A stretch of 64,000 nt of DNA. Origin: Somniosus microcephalus (lineage: Eukaryota). A program made the position numbers and the translations under genes. Shown here piece after piece: positions 1-13,150 of this stretch. The stretch is taken from positions 54,622,001 to 54,686,000 of the forward strand of contig CM126215.1 in the NCBI GenBank assembly GCA_052327205.1, given 5' to 3'. Every line of letters starts with the position of its first letter. Position 1 is the first letter of the stretch. Under the pieces are notes generated by a model. The model was not told the origin of the DNA, did no database searches, and saw only the letters and a program-made list of their open reading frames with translations.

Positions 1-1016
1 CCCCTTCTCTCCTTATCTCTATCGTCATCTTAGTTGATACAACTTTTAAATATCAATGGATGGAGACTTGCATGAAACATTTAGGAATGATTCGGGATTT
101 TAAAAAGACATTTAATTTTAAATACAAAGAATGATTCAGTGAAATCAAGTTTTTCAGTAAGATTTCGAGAAGGAAAGTAGATTAAAATAGATTAAAGTCG
201 ATAAAGGTTCCCGATAGAATAGCAATGGGGGGAGGGCGGCGAATTTTCAATCCCCATTCTATATCTACAGTAAAATCAAAGAATGTAAAAATAACTTCAT
301 GTGTGTCATATTAGCTGCAAATGGGAATAAATGGTTTAAAATCTCCAGACATTAGTGGCATTGGCAGCGCGCTGTTTAAGTTGTAATATTCCGATATAAG
401 CGAGCTTTTCTAACAATAAAGTGGGAGGAGGTGGCGCGGCTCTGCGGAGTTTGCAGCAGTTGCTCCACTTTACAAGGCACGCTCCTGAAACAAACTGACC
501 AGTTCTTTAAAGGTGATTCTTTGATTCTTTCAGGAGTGTTACTCTTCTCTGGGAAGGCGGGAGGGGGGGGCGGAATAAAAACGTATACTGTTGTCGCCCG
601 CTACACTGACCCCCCGATTCCCGCGGCCTGGTCTGGTGATCTCCTCCCTTATTAATTAGAAGACACTGTTGGGGGGAGGGCAGTTTGCATTCATTTTACA
701 CGTAAAGTAGTTACACTCTCCAGATTCTCAAGCTTCAGTAAATGGAGCACTTGCCAAACATTGGCCAAAGTCTCTGCCAACATTTCGCTCTTATTTATGA
801 CTTTGCCTGGCAGATAAATCGGTCGGTGTCAGTGTGTCCCAGCACAATGTGTCCGGTTTAGACCCGCGGCCAGTTGGCATCTGTTAAAATATAGGATTTC
901 ATGAAACGGTGTAAAATGTGGCTAATTAGTAAATAGTCTTGGTGAGAGGAGCAGACTGTGATTTTTACACCCCTTCTAAATGACTGATTTACGGATGCCT
1001 GTCTTTTTATATATAG

Positions 1017-1575
1017 GATCACCCAAGGAAAACATGTCGTTTGACTCTGAGCTCCATCTCCCCCCGAAATTCCGAAGGCTGTACAGCCAGGGAGGGAAAA
1101 TCTTAGACGCCCGGGGATTTAACGAGATTGGTAACGAGAAATTGGAAAGAGACAGGCCCTCCGAACCGTTCCGAAACGCCGATCTGAAAATCAGCCAGGC
1201 TCCTCAAGTCAGCATCAGCCGCAGCAAATCGTACAAAGAAAACTTCAGCTTAGGCAAAACGCAAGGAGACAGCGCGCCCAACTTGTCCGAGTCTCCAGGT
1301 TTAGTTTCGGTGGAGCCGATCGACAAGTCATTCGAGGGAGACACGAAAGAAGACGCGGCTGAAGATGACTTGTCCCCTAAACTGGTGGAGGAGGCTCAGA
1401 CGGACGTGGATGTGAAGGATGGGGAGGACAGTCTGTGTTTATCAGCCGGCAGTGACTCTGAAGAAGGCATGTTAAAAAGAAAACAGCGGCGGTATAGGAC
1501 TACATTCACCAGCTACCAGCTAGAAGAACTCGAGAGAGCTTTTCAGAAAACACACTACCCAGATGTCTTCACCAG
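1017..1575 (+). CDS. ARX: Aristaless-related homeobox, coding exon 2 (N-terminal region plus start of homeodomain)
   Basis: Acceptor ttttatatatAG ends at 1016; donor AG|GTATC at 1575/1576. Translates GSPK...[12 protein letters not shown]...[19 protein letters not shown]...[52 protein letters not shown], which are ARX-diagnostic motifs. Exon 1 is outside the window. Confidence 0.96.
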
Positions 1576-2514
1576 GTATCTGTATACATGAAATAACTCC
1601 GATAAAACTCATAAAAACAAGAATCCAGACTGTAACGGTAATTGATACACTATCCAGGCTGGAATTGTTTCTGACTCGCTGGTTTGTATTTTCATGGGCT
1701 AAACTAATACATCCACAACCACATCAAATGGACAAATGATAGGGACACCATCTATCGGAGGGTGATCACTTTTCCGGTACTACACTCGCCAGTGTCCTCT
1801 TTATCAAAGTAATGACCGCCCAGATTAACATTTAGTGCTCGCAACACAGCGCTCCACACCCGTCTATTCCGCTTTCCCATCGTCTTCTACACATTGCTCC
1901 ACCCCATAGATTTAACAACATTAGCCCCTTGATCGTTGAAGAAAATGCAGTGCGTGAAACTGTAAGTTCTCTATTTTTTGAAAGTCCGTGTGACTAATTC
2001 TGCTGGCATGCAGCTTCAGCCCATTGACTGAAAGGACACGGATGCGCACCGAATTGTTTTCAAAGCCACTCCAGGACACAGTACAAGTGTAATTATGTGA
2101 CATAAATGGAACAGTCTTTATGTTATCAGGTGTGTTATCGACGGGAATGGGGGAAAACAATCATTAACGAGTGTAATCTTTTTGACGACTTTCAATGCAT
2201 TTTCAATGCAATCGACTTTCCAGATTTAAAAAATCCTTTCCTTTTAAGATTGAAATGGGCGCTTTCCTAAATCAAATAATGGCTGTAACGGTCCCTACAT
2301 TTTTGACAATGTCGCTTGACTTGCTCGATGTTTGCATACTTTGGCCCTTTTTTATGGCCCAAGTAAACAGGAAAGATTGGAGAGCGCCTGTAAATAGCTG
2401 CTAGGTTATGTCTAATCCTCATTTAGCACGTTTAATATTAGCTTTCCAAAAAAGGTACTGCGAAACATCGGAGTGTATAAAGTGTATTTTCACCTCTTTC
2501 TGTGTTTTGTACAG

Positions 2515-2560
2515 GGAGGAACTCGCGATGCGGCTAGATTTAACAGAAGCACGAGTACAA
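2515..2560 (+). CDS. ARX: ARX coding exon 3 (46 nt, homeodomain middle)
   Basis: Acceptor tgttttgtacAG ends at 2514; donor CAA|GTAAGT at 2560/2561. Encodes (R)EELAMRLDLTEARVQ in phase with exons 2 and 4. Too short for the ORF track. Confidence 0.96.
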
Positions 2561-2839
2561 GTAAGTTACAACTAATGTCTGTGGATAGATGGTTTCCCGG
2601 CGAATTTACTTTGCTGTTTCCACATAGTTGTAGGGTTTTTTTCTTAACATAATTTAATACCTACCTTTTTTTTTAAACCAGTATGCGGGCAGATAGCCTC
2701 GGATGTGTAATCCCAGCCCAGTCTGGAGTGTGCCAGGCACAATGTACTGCTCCATGTCAGACTTTCTACAGATGTGATTGTGCGCAAATATGAATAATGG
2801 GAATGCTTTTGCGCCACGGCAACCGGGAGCATTAAAACA

Positions 2840-3250
2840 GTGACATAGGATTTAATTTCCTTCGCTTTTAGTGAACAAATGTAAGGGCTGCATAAGTGAA
2901 GTGCTGTTAAAGTTGATAGGGCCCATACCACAGTGCATTTTCTCTCGAAGTCTCATAACCAAAGCGACGATAAACATTATGATTGATGCCTTATTGCGAA
3001 CACGAGGAACATAAACCATATGTTGGGAGGTAAAGGCCGAGTAAATCACTTTACAGTTACAATCGAGCGCTGATAAGACCTAATAAATTCCATATGGCTC
3101 ATTTAATACACAACAGCTTCTTGCATTAAAGGGGCTAATGATGAGATTCTCCCTCGTGTTGTTGACACATTGTTCTATTGTCAAATACCCAACGTGACAG
3201 GCAGCCAGCAATGATTATTTTCCGCTCAGGCAGTCGTGGGAAAGTTAAAT
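2840..3250. promoter_or_regulatory. Candidate conserved non-coding enhancer in ARX intron 3
   Basis: Repeat-free, complex block rich in TAAT/ATTA, TGAT and GATA-like cores. A conserved regulatory region in mammalian Arx intron 3 is established. Homology not verified. Confidence 0.45.
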
Positions 3251-4041
3251 AACTTTTTTTTTTCTCTCCTTCTTTACAAAAGCCCGTTTGGACTCAATAA
3301 AACTTGCGAGACATTCTAGTAAAATTAATTGTAACGCATTATGTTCATCTTTAGCTCACTTTGCCTTTTTTTTCTCTATTAAGCGCAACCTATCGAAATT
3401 AATTAAGGCCAATTTAGTGACGATTACATCAAATGTGAAGATGCAATCGGTTACTTTTTAAAGCGCCAACTCGATTACTGAAATCGGCAGTCTCGTGCAG
3501 TACCGATACATTGTTTGAGAATTTGCGAGGGATGCTTGATGTAATTATATAATTTTTAATCCAACATTTGATCGCTTCACTATTTTTATAGGAATCTGTG
3601 TGCAATTGGCGTGGGTTGATGTCTGAATTAAAAAGAGTGTATATTTATCTAATGAATGTGTGCGATGGGTTTTGTGCCTCACCCACATGATCTGGACATT
3701 GAGATCTTTCTAATAATTCCTGAACATTGATACCTGGTGTCAACACCTTATATTTTTTAACATTGCGATATAGAAGTAGTATCAATACAACCATTGAAAT
3801 CGCGATTTTTTAATTATAAAACTGTTATAAAGGTGTATTGTTCCATTGTAATTATTGCTGAACTTTGATTTGACAGTTATTTTGTGCACATTAACCTTCA
3901 GTGTCATTTGTGTAGCTGGATGTAACCCGAAAGTGATTTCACATTTCCTGCGCACTTTTTTTTCGTTCTTTATTTTTTTCGACAAGAGTTTGGAAAGTTT
4001 TTTTTAAATGTTTAATTTAATTTGATCTTTTTTTTTTGCAG

Positions 4042-4373
4042 GTTTGGTTTCAGAACCGCAGAGCTAAGTGGCGGAAGCGAGAGAAAGCCGGAGCTCAGAG
4101 CCACCCAGGCGGCCTGCCCTTCGCCAGCCCCCTGGGAGCGGGCCACCCGCTGGGCCCTTACCTGGACGGCAGTCCCTTCGGACACCACCCGAGCCTCGAG
4201 TCCGCATGGTCAGCCGCCGCCGCCGCCGCTGCAGCCGCCGCTGCCGCCTTCCCCGGGTTGCCACCTCCACCAGGCACCGCGGCTCTTCCCCCCAGCGGGA
4301 CCCCGCTAGGCCTCGGCACCTTCCTGGGAGCGGCCATGTTCAGACATCCTTTCATCACTCCGCACTTCGGCAG
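4042..4373 (+). CDS. ARX: ARX coding exon 4 (homeodomain helix 3, polyalanine tract)
   Basis: Acceptor tttttttgcAG ends at 4041; donor CAG|GTAAGA at 4373/4374. Encodes [17 protein letters not shown]...SAWS(A)12FPGLPPPPG...[14 protein letters not shown]. Confidence 0.96.
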
Positions 4374-4881
4374 GTAAGAGCTTCAGCCAGAGCCCCTCCC
4401 GCCCCCTCCTCCAGGAGCAGCTGCAGCAGGCCGCAGGACAAGCAGAAGTACAACAGAACCAGACTCACTCAGTCATCAGACACAGTCAACAAGGAAAAAA
4501 AGGCAACTCATTCACAACCATCAGCTAAAACTCAATTGTAAAAGAACAAGCTACAAACCAACAGCAAACAGAATAGGCTAATCCCAAAATTGTAAATAAA
4601 TATTTAAAACATAATAGCAACAGTAACATACCTAAAATGTTAAAAGGCAACAAGATAATAGGAAAAACTGAGATCAATCAGTGTAATAACTAACCTCATA
4701 GGAAATGTAACAACAAATTCAGCGACAGACTAATAGTCTTCAAAATCCATTGCATATTTAACAGCAACGAGTCCGGTACCAAAAACAGTACACGAAACAA
4801 TCGTTTAGTAACAACATCATCAATGAGGGTAGAAATATTTTATAACAAACCACAAAAATACCCAAACAACTGCGAGCAGTA

Positions 4882-4903
4882 TGTGTGTGCGTGTGTGTGT
4901 GTG
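4882..4903. repeat. Short imperfect (TG)n microsatellite
   Basis: tgtgtgtgcgtgtgtgtgtgtg seen directly. Confidence 0.8.
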
Positions 4904-4959
4904 AAGGGGAGAAATCAAGCACATTTTTCAAACATCCGTGATAATTAAGACATCCCAAT

Positions 4960-6815
4960 GACTTAAGGTACACATGAAACAACTAAAGGACAAGTGCTAC
5001 AGCGAGAAGCCACAGCAGTTATTACAGACCCCAGATCTACCTGTGCGAGGGAATGCTGCAGAACTCCGAGTTACACATGGGGAGCCTGGCACCAAGATAG
5101 CAGTTTATCTCATGCCACAGTATTTTTAGAGGTATTTCTCAAATGGAAAGCATAGCTTAGGAATAGACCGGACCAGACCAGATTTTTATTCGAAACTACT
5201 TTTACTCTACAGTTTATGCGTTAGATAACACAGTAAGAGCAAAACGTTCGACATCACAAAACAAAGTTAGAAATTCTGTCATTTCCAGCAACATTTCCTT
5301 TCTCATACATTTGCTTTAAAATATTCTAATATTGTTTCTCCATTAGCTGTCCGTGTAAGGCATAAGCATTTATATCGTGGGCTTTATCCCTATCTTATCA
5401 GAGCGTTGTGTTTTGATTTTGAACGAGTTGTTCACTTAAGTCGGGTTTAGCAAAATGAAGAAATCTGGAATGTTGACTCGTTATTATTAATTTCTATAAA
5501 GTGAAGCTGACAAGTGGCGGCACGGTAACGGTGGACTGACGAGGGCTAGGAGAAAGAAGCGGGGAGAATAAAACAACTCGATCATTCCAACTATGTTTGT
5601 TTTACCTTCCAAGGTTTCTAATTTGGTCGTTTACCCTGACGTGAAAGTTATTTGGCATGGCCGCCCGAAATATGTGCTTGAAAAGTTATTCAGTGTGGCA
5701 TAATTTTATGTCAGCCGCATCATTTCGAAACACAAACAAATCCGTTGCAGCTTGTATGGGACACAGGCAGCGTAGAGCGTGAAGAGGAAAGCGGTTCTAT
5801 AGCAATGCGCAAGAACCCACGGACATATTCCGAAGATCCCACTACCTTACTATTATATAAGATATATATATATGTATGTTTGAGCCGTTTATTATTCTTA
5901 CAAAAGTTCTGGGGTGTAATCTCTACCCTGCACCTTACTCCCATGCCCAGCTGCACACGTGCCTGACTATTCCCCACTATTTCGGAGTTTCAATTTTTTT
6001 TTATCGTCAGCCAGGAATCTGGCATGACAGAATCCCATCACCACGTTTAAGCGTTTCCAAACCAAATGAGTAGTTTCCATTTGCCTAATATGGAGTGGAC
6101 ATTCTCTCCACTTCAGGACCTCTCCCCTCACTTACCTAAATCCAAATAATTTCGGACAGGTTGGCAAGAGCTAAGGCTTGGACAATCCCAATTGTACATA
6201 AGGGTTTACCTATCTAAAGCGACATTACTTACCGGTATCCCAGTGGAACCAATCCCAACCCACCGTGACAGGCCAATTCCTGAAGTTTCCGCTAATGAGC
6301 AGGTTTGGCTGACGGATCATCAACAGCGCCATGGAGGACAGTGGACCTGGCTGGCCTGAGTATTGGATTACCAAGTCTGCCACAGGGAAGTGACTGGGTT
6401 CCAATCTCCCTCTCCAGACGTGCGGACTTGGACCCAACTCAAAGTCAATGAGACTCTGCCTATTGCCTTCCACCCCCTATTCAAAGTGTTGGTCAAACAT
6501 TGGATTAAGCTGCTGTAAGGTGGATAGCAGCTATTCTCCAGCAGTATGATGAGCAGCGCAACTCAACATAAAATGTCTGAGTTCGTCATTACCAGCCGAC
6601 CGACGGCAGCATGGAAACCCACCATACCCCATTGGCTCCACCAGTTGAGGGGCGCGGAGCTTCAACAGCATCAAGGTAGGCCCCAAGCCATGGATACATG
6701 TGTGTGCTCACATACCTGCCTTCCAGCACGTGTCATTCCGAGCCTCATCGTTCCTCGTCAGCCATATCAGAACATCTATCTTCACCGTTGTCGAAGGACC
6801 GCCTGAGATGTGCTA
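4960..6815 (+). mobile_element. Highly degraded RTE-clade LINE (reverse transcriptase region) in ARX intron 4
   Basis: Colinear peptide remnants across broken frames: FEPFIILTKVLGCNLYPAPYS (~SEPF.I..GVKQGCVLAPTLFS), GVSIFFYRQPG (~GV.I.YR.DG), TQLKV (~TKLKVY), LNIK..EFV (~ILNIKW.D.I), HQLRGA (~QLRWAGH), KDRLR (~KD.LK). The 5' limit is uncertain. Confidence 0.6.
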
Positions 6816-8094
6816 AACACTGCGGTATTTTAGACACCCAAGTCCAATGCGTTACACTAATTGAGGGAAGTCACAATAAACACAAGTTTCAAGGGGGGGG
6901 TAAATCCATCGAGTATGTTCACCAAAGAAACTTTACAAATTATGCATGTTATTCTTGATTTTATTAAAACGTCCTTTTATATTATTCATAAAGTAGCTTA
7001 TGTGGTTTCAATAAATCATTCCGATATGAAATATAAAGTACTAATTATTTCAGTCAAGATGGAAAAATGTTAGCAGTGTGTGCTGAAAGTTGGCCCTTCT
7101 TTTGGGAATAACATCTATCGCGCGAGGAGAAGGCAAAAGGATGGGTTGGTTGGTCCGCTGTCAGCAGGAACGAACATAAAGTGTACATTTTAACACTCCC
7201 AAATACGAGAAGTCAATGTCAGTATGTTTACTTAGGCAAAACACGGACTAATTTCGCAATGTATTGTTCCCTCGGCATTGCTTATGGTTGAGGTCATGGT
7301 TGCTGTTACATGATTCGTAGAGTAACGTAACAACAACTTGTGATCAATTAAGAAACTGTAGCGTGTGGTCCAAAGTTGTGACAGATCAACCAGCTCACTA
7401 ATATGAAGAGGTACAGCATTTCAGAACCCTCGCTGAAAGATGCCACGGTACATGTGTCGTGTCGAGTACTGTGCCAAATGCTCGGGGTGTGCAAGAAATT
7501 CCGAATGGGTCTCATTGACTCCCATCTCTGGCCGTTAATGCAGCGGCAGTGAGTCGTGAGCAATTCTGTAAATTATACGATAGCCCAACGTTATTACACT
7601 CTAGTACAACATTTAAATACAAAATAGCGGTAACGCTAGCGGGGACTGTGACGGATTATCAACTTTTACTCCCGGACTTCAGACAGCACCAAACTGTAGT
7701 TGTCCAAGTAATATTGCTGTTCAGTTGTGATCTATCAATATCCCTGCAATATTAATGTTAACAATCGTACAACTTCATTACACGCAAAGCTTACAGACTG
7801 ACAAAACAGGCAAATTCTAGCGACGAACTGATACTTTTAAAGCAAATTCTTACCCCATTTGTAACCAACCCTGCTTTCTCTTACATAGCAATTAATGATA
7901 TAGTCAGACCTGTAATATGCAAGTCTGGTTATATGTGAGTCCTGTGCTACTTGACGCAATGCGTAGGCCAATATTCCCCTGAATAATTCAACCGTTATAC
8001 TCAGTAGTATCCCTCCAATCACCAAACTAGCTGATCACATTTGATTTAAAACGCTTTCCCGTATTATAATGTCGAAAATCCTTGTCTGTTGCAG

Positions 8095-8332
8095 GCTCTT
8101 CTCGACAGTAGCTCCGCTGACAGGCGCCTCTGGCCCTGCCCTGCTGAGACAGTCGGCCCCGGGGGTAGAAGGGGGAGTGCAAGCCGGCGCCCTCTCAGAC
8201 CCCGCGGTAGCAGCAGCAGACAGACGAGCGTCCAGTATCGCAGCACTCAGACTCAAAGCCAAGGAACATGCCGCCCAACTCACACAACTCAACATCCTCC
8301 CCGCACCCTCCACCGGCAAGGAAGTGTGCTGA
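8095..8332 (+). CDS. ARX: ARX last coding exon (OAR/aristaless domain, stop codon)
   Basis: Acceptor cttgtctgttgcAG ends at 8094. Encodes (R)LFSTVAPL...[35 protein letters not shown], then TGA at 8330-8332. Confidence 0.96.
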
Positions 8333-9241
8333 ATACACAGCAAGGAGCTCCACACATGTTGCTGATCAAGACCAAATTCAGAAAGAGGACCAGTGACTCC
8401 GCGTGGATTGGGTTCTCAGACTGTGCATGCCCGTAGAGTCAGTATCCCTTTCATCATATCAACAGGACACACTTAAAAACAGCAAAACTAAAAAAAACAA
8501 TGACATTCTCTACATATAAGATTTGTGACGTTCCTACCATTCATATTTCTCTATGAGAGAGGGAGAAAGTATAGTGGAGCCTTATTAAGAATATACCTGA
8601 TGTGATCACTGAGAAAAACTTTCTTTAATACAGTAGAGTTGGATCGAATCAGGGCAGTTTTGAAAAAGGATGAAATGTATTCAAAACACACGCATGTAGA
8701 TTTGCCGATTGATAGTTTCCTATTTCTAGTCTTGGTGGCCCGATATAAGGGATACTGTTTCTGAATGAAATGAGTTTGACTTTCTGCGGCGGACCAGTTC
8801 TATAGCACACATGTGGATAAACGCGTTGGTTACGTCTGGATTTTTTTATATATACGTCAGTGTAGCCAACCAGCGGTTCGCTACTAAACCAAAGGGACAA
8901 AATACTGCCAATCCGAGTGGACTGCTTATGTCACTAAACTGTGATTGATTTCTGTACATAATGGTCGTTCTTCAGAATTTCCAAGGAAAATAATTGTACA
9001 TTTTTAAAAAAAATGAAAATTTGCACTCAGCGTGTTGTGAAAGTTTATTCTCTAGAATTACCCGACAGTTCTTATACAGTGTTGTGGATGTATTAGGTTC
9101 GTAGAATAATTATTTATGGACAAACATTTTATTTAACTTATTAACTATAGAGGTTTCGAAAACCTTATAAAAAGCAAGTTGCTATATTACGTGTACTGTT
9201 GTAACTTCTTGATATGGGCTAGAAGAGTGGCGACACTCTAA

Positions 9242-9247
9242 AATAAA
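9242..9247 (+). terminator. Probable ARX polyadenylation signal (3'UTR about 0.9 kb)
   Basis: First AATAAA I found downstream of the ARX stop, after an AU-rich UTR-like stretch. Further AATAAA hexamers lie near 9698 and 9921. Confidence 0.55.
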
Positions 9248-12200
9248 ATGTTATGCTTAACAAGCTAATTGGAGAAAGCGCTTATTCTAAATCCCGAGTA
9301 TTTTTTTTAAAGATTATTGAGCGTTTATCAACCGCAGACAAACTTCCGATTTACCAGTACAGTGCCATCTACGCAAAATCACAACTAGAAATAACTCTTT
9401 GTCAAGTCCCAGTTTTGTTTCCGGCCCAGTATAGGTGTAGTCAGATTATAAGCAATGTTTTGCCCAGCCCCATTCACCGTATACGTTTATGTCTTGGGCG
9501 GTAAAGTGACACAGACTCTACAACAGGAAGGCCTTTCCAACCAGCCACTCCTCCCCTTCAGGTTAGCTTCATTCATTCACAAATCACGCTTGAATATGTG
9601 TACGTGCTGGCTAATTTCAAAGTGCGACAGTTAATAAGCACAACATTACAACGCAATTGAAATATCCCTCTTGTTAATTTAGAGGAAAAATAATTGTAAT
9701 AAAACAACAAATAGTCAACTGAAGCGCACTGTTCTTTAGATCCAGATTCCAATTCGGAGCTATTGCAGGAATACTGGGACTTTCTAAACTAGGACAAGTA
9801 ATCCCTACACCGGGTTAGGATTATTTAAACCTTTTAGCACATTCCTCCAACACTATTGTTTTAATGAATATTGGCAGAATGTTGCCAGGAATATTCACTG
9901 TCTTATGTGCTGACACTACCAATAAAGTTGATTTCCCATAAACCGCATGAACTTTATTCAGCGGGACCGGTGTAAGCAAAAAGGGGGAGTTTTATTTGTC
10001 TTTCATTTCGAGTATCTGAATACATCCTTGATAGATTACGTTAAATATCTCTTTGAAATTAGAACATTGACCGCCCCCCCCCCCCCCGTAAACTGCTGTC
10101 AGCTTGTTGGGGTTGCTTTGCTTTCTCTATATTTCTGTATCTGTGATAATGAGTCTCCTAGGTTACTGGACGATGGTGGTTAACGATTTTGCCATGACGC
10201 GCCTTGGTGACGGTGCCTCTATTTGCCGCCTTCTGCGTTGGTTGACAATCGGCGCCGACTTGTCCAATTAGCAGCCAACCCAGACACAAGTAATGCGAGC
10301 TCCGCTGAGGGGTTAGCTGGCACTGGGCCACTTAAATGGATGATTCGATGGGTCAGGTTGACACGGTAATCTGCTTCCTGGAGTGGAGGCTCTGTAGAAT
10401 GTGGCCACGCGAATTCAACTAATCTTACCAATGGTATATAGCAAGTGCAAACAACATCAATATTTAAAACCCACCGGCGTCATATTCTAAATAACACAAT
10501 AAGGCATAGTCCAAGCGCAAATCCACTGCGAAAGCTTCATCTTCGAGTATGTGAGGCTAAAATACAAGAGTATAAAGTTTAAAAACAAAATAAGCGCTCT
10601 GGTGAATGATGGAGCGGTAACTCCTGACGTTGACACAGATAATCAACTTATATTACAGCCTTTAAAAAAGAAGATCGAACAATTTGATTACGGCGTTAAA
10701 CTGGCAATATACAGTCTCTGAATTCTGTGCTAACCAGGTAATTGTATTACTCCCCCCCCCCAGCTTAGATTTTAACAGTACACTTCAACGAAAGTGTTCA
10801 CCGCTAATATTGCTAAATTAATTTACCCCCATTTCAATAATTTCGTGATTTTTATTCAATAACGGGAGTATAAATGCTGTTAAAAATATTTTCCTTTGGA
10901 TGTAACCATTGTACCAAACAGACCAGACACCGAAAAGTGGCAATGCGAGTAAAAAGCCTACAATTTATGAAGTAGGTACTACTATATACCTTGAAAACCC
11001 TTTACTGTTCCCGATTCTAAATATCACAGACACCTACATTCTGATGCATGGATCGACCTATTCTAGTTATGTTGTACTCAATTCATTAAGAGTTTTTGAT
11101 CAGGTAATCTGTTAACACGAGATAACGTCTACTCGGGGTGACATACACTCTGATAAAGTGGTTGTCATCATACCAGGATCTGCGCCATTATTTCAGTTAA
11201 TGAACACTTTTTAAAGTCATTTTTTTCTCATTTGACCCCACTCTATGGTACTAAATCAAATTGCGTGAAATTACCTGCCGGATTAAAGTTCTTATGGTCG
11301 AATGAAAGCATCTCCCTCTCACTCGCCTCGCTTTACAACTAATCCCACCTCACAGTGATGGTGCAAACATGTAGATCTCAGACTATTCTTTCATGTTTCG
11401 CAGCTGGTAAAGCAACCATTCTTTGCTAAATATTCACCATAAATATCACACGTTAACGGCCGATGACTCCCATCAAGTCTATATTAAACATTTGACATGT
11501 CACGCATGATAAACTCTGAGTGTCTTTGAAAAAAAAGGCATTAGCAAAGAAACCAATTTCTCCTCATCTAAACCTCCCCAAGTGTTGAATGATTTCGTTT
11601 GAAAGAGGCAGTGAAGCGTATTTAGAGGGTTTTATGAGATTTTCCAGAATGATTTAATCTTATTGTGAACATTATTAATGAATAGCAACCCAATTTGGCC
11701 CTAATATCTGGGAATTCTTGCTACAAAACACGACGACTGTGACCCCCAACCTTAAGCAAACCTCCCCGGTGTTTTTGTACTGCCTTCAGCCTCCAGTAAC
11801 TCTTTAACACGGCATTGCACGGGAGCCAGTTTTCAGCACGATCACACAAATCCAACTCTCCCTCCATTCACTGCCAAGCTTCCCACCATCTGTTCCCAAA
11901 ACCAGCTTCCAGATTTGGAAATATTTCAAGGAGCGTGACAAGTAGTATATATAAACGTGTACATTTGCATGCATGTGTATAGCTAGAAAATATTGTTGTA
12001 TATATGTATATACATGTAAAAATTGTATTGGTTAATGTGGGAAGGAATATATGATTCAGATACAAGTTAGTTTTTTTATGCGCAGATCTCTTAAAACAAA
12101 ATCTTAAAGTTTAACATATGGATGAATAATATATTGTATGTATTGATGAACTCATGTATGAATAATGTACGTATAGTGAAAACGCATTTAAGTGTTGTCT

Positions 12201-12479
12201 TGTTTTGCATCTTTCTATCCTTACCTTTAGACACAACACAATAAAATATATTTTAAACCTCAGGTTAATTTTGTAGTATAGTCTCTCAAATGCCAAATAT
12301 CTGGTATGCGTGTTCCATTTAACTTAGGACTGTTTTAACGCACATACAAAACCCACAGTCTTTTTTTTGGTGGGGGGGGGGGGGGGGAGTGTAAAGGTTC
12401 AGCCGCCTTTGGAGCTGTTGAAGTTGTGAAAGAAAGACTGAAGAAAGCAGCATTGGAAACTGGTAGCACGATCTCCTTT

Positions 12480-13150
12480 GGATCCACTAATTCCCATCTC
12501 TTTGCTCTCATCCAATTAGTGCAGTGTATTAAGCGGTTTATCATCTCATACTCAGCTGTACAAAGAAACAAGCCGAACACTTTGCAATAGACTCTGTTCT
12601 CCTTTTACACCCTCAGGTACTTACATATTCTAGTGTGCTATGAATAATAGGGGAATAATAGAGCACTAATTCCCTCATCAAAGAATGCCTTGTCTGCGCT
12701 TTGGTGAAAACACTATTCCGATAAAAGAAAGCAATAAAGCTTAGCATAACAAAACGAAACCTACTTATTAGCTTAGTAGTAAATTAATGCAAAACCACTG
12801 GTATTCAACCAGGTTTGAAAACAGCCTCCCGCAACTTTATAATGCTTTATTGCTGAAGGAATCCAGACTTGAAATTTGAATCGGAGAGATGAGTTAATCT
12901 GGTAAATTCCAATAAACGTGTTTTCAAACGGCTGCTGTGATTTAAAGCTATTTATCCCACATGGAATGGGATAAATGACACAAAGCGATGTCCGACGGCA
13001 GCAAGACATGGAAATACACGGCAAGTTGGACATTATTCAGGAAAGTCCAACTGACTCTGCGAGAATTTATGTATGAATTTGGAGTGTAAACGCATCATTA
13101 CGAACTGTTCCCTGCCATTCCTGCCACATGTTGTGAATTATTTATGCTAA
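12480..13150. promoter_or_regulatory. Candidate conserved non-coding enhancer 3' of ARX
   Basis: Repeat-free block with many TAAT/CAATTA homeodomain cores. Its position between the ARX and POLA1 3' ends matches where ultraconserved forebrain enhancers lie in mammals. Not aligned. Confidence 0.5.

Noticed and set aside
980-1016. ATG start of the 203-aa ORF ([12 protein letters not shown])
   Set aside because: Intronic sequence upstream of the exon 2 acceptor; the true N-terminus is in exon 1, outside the window.
4022-4541. Overlapping alternative-frame and antisense ORFs over ARX exon 4
   Set aside because: By-products of GC-rich Ala/Pro coding sequence and an A/C-rich intron start; no independent protein motifs.
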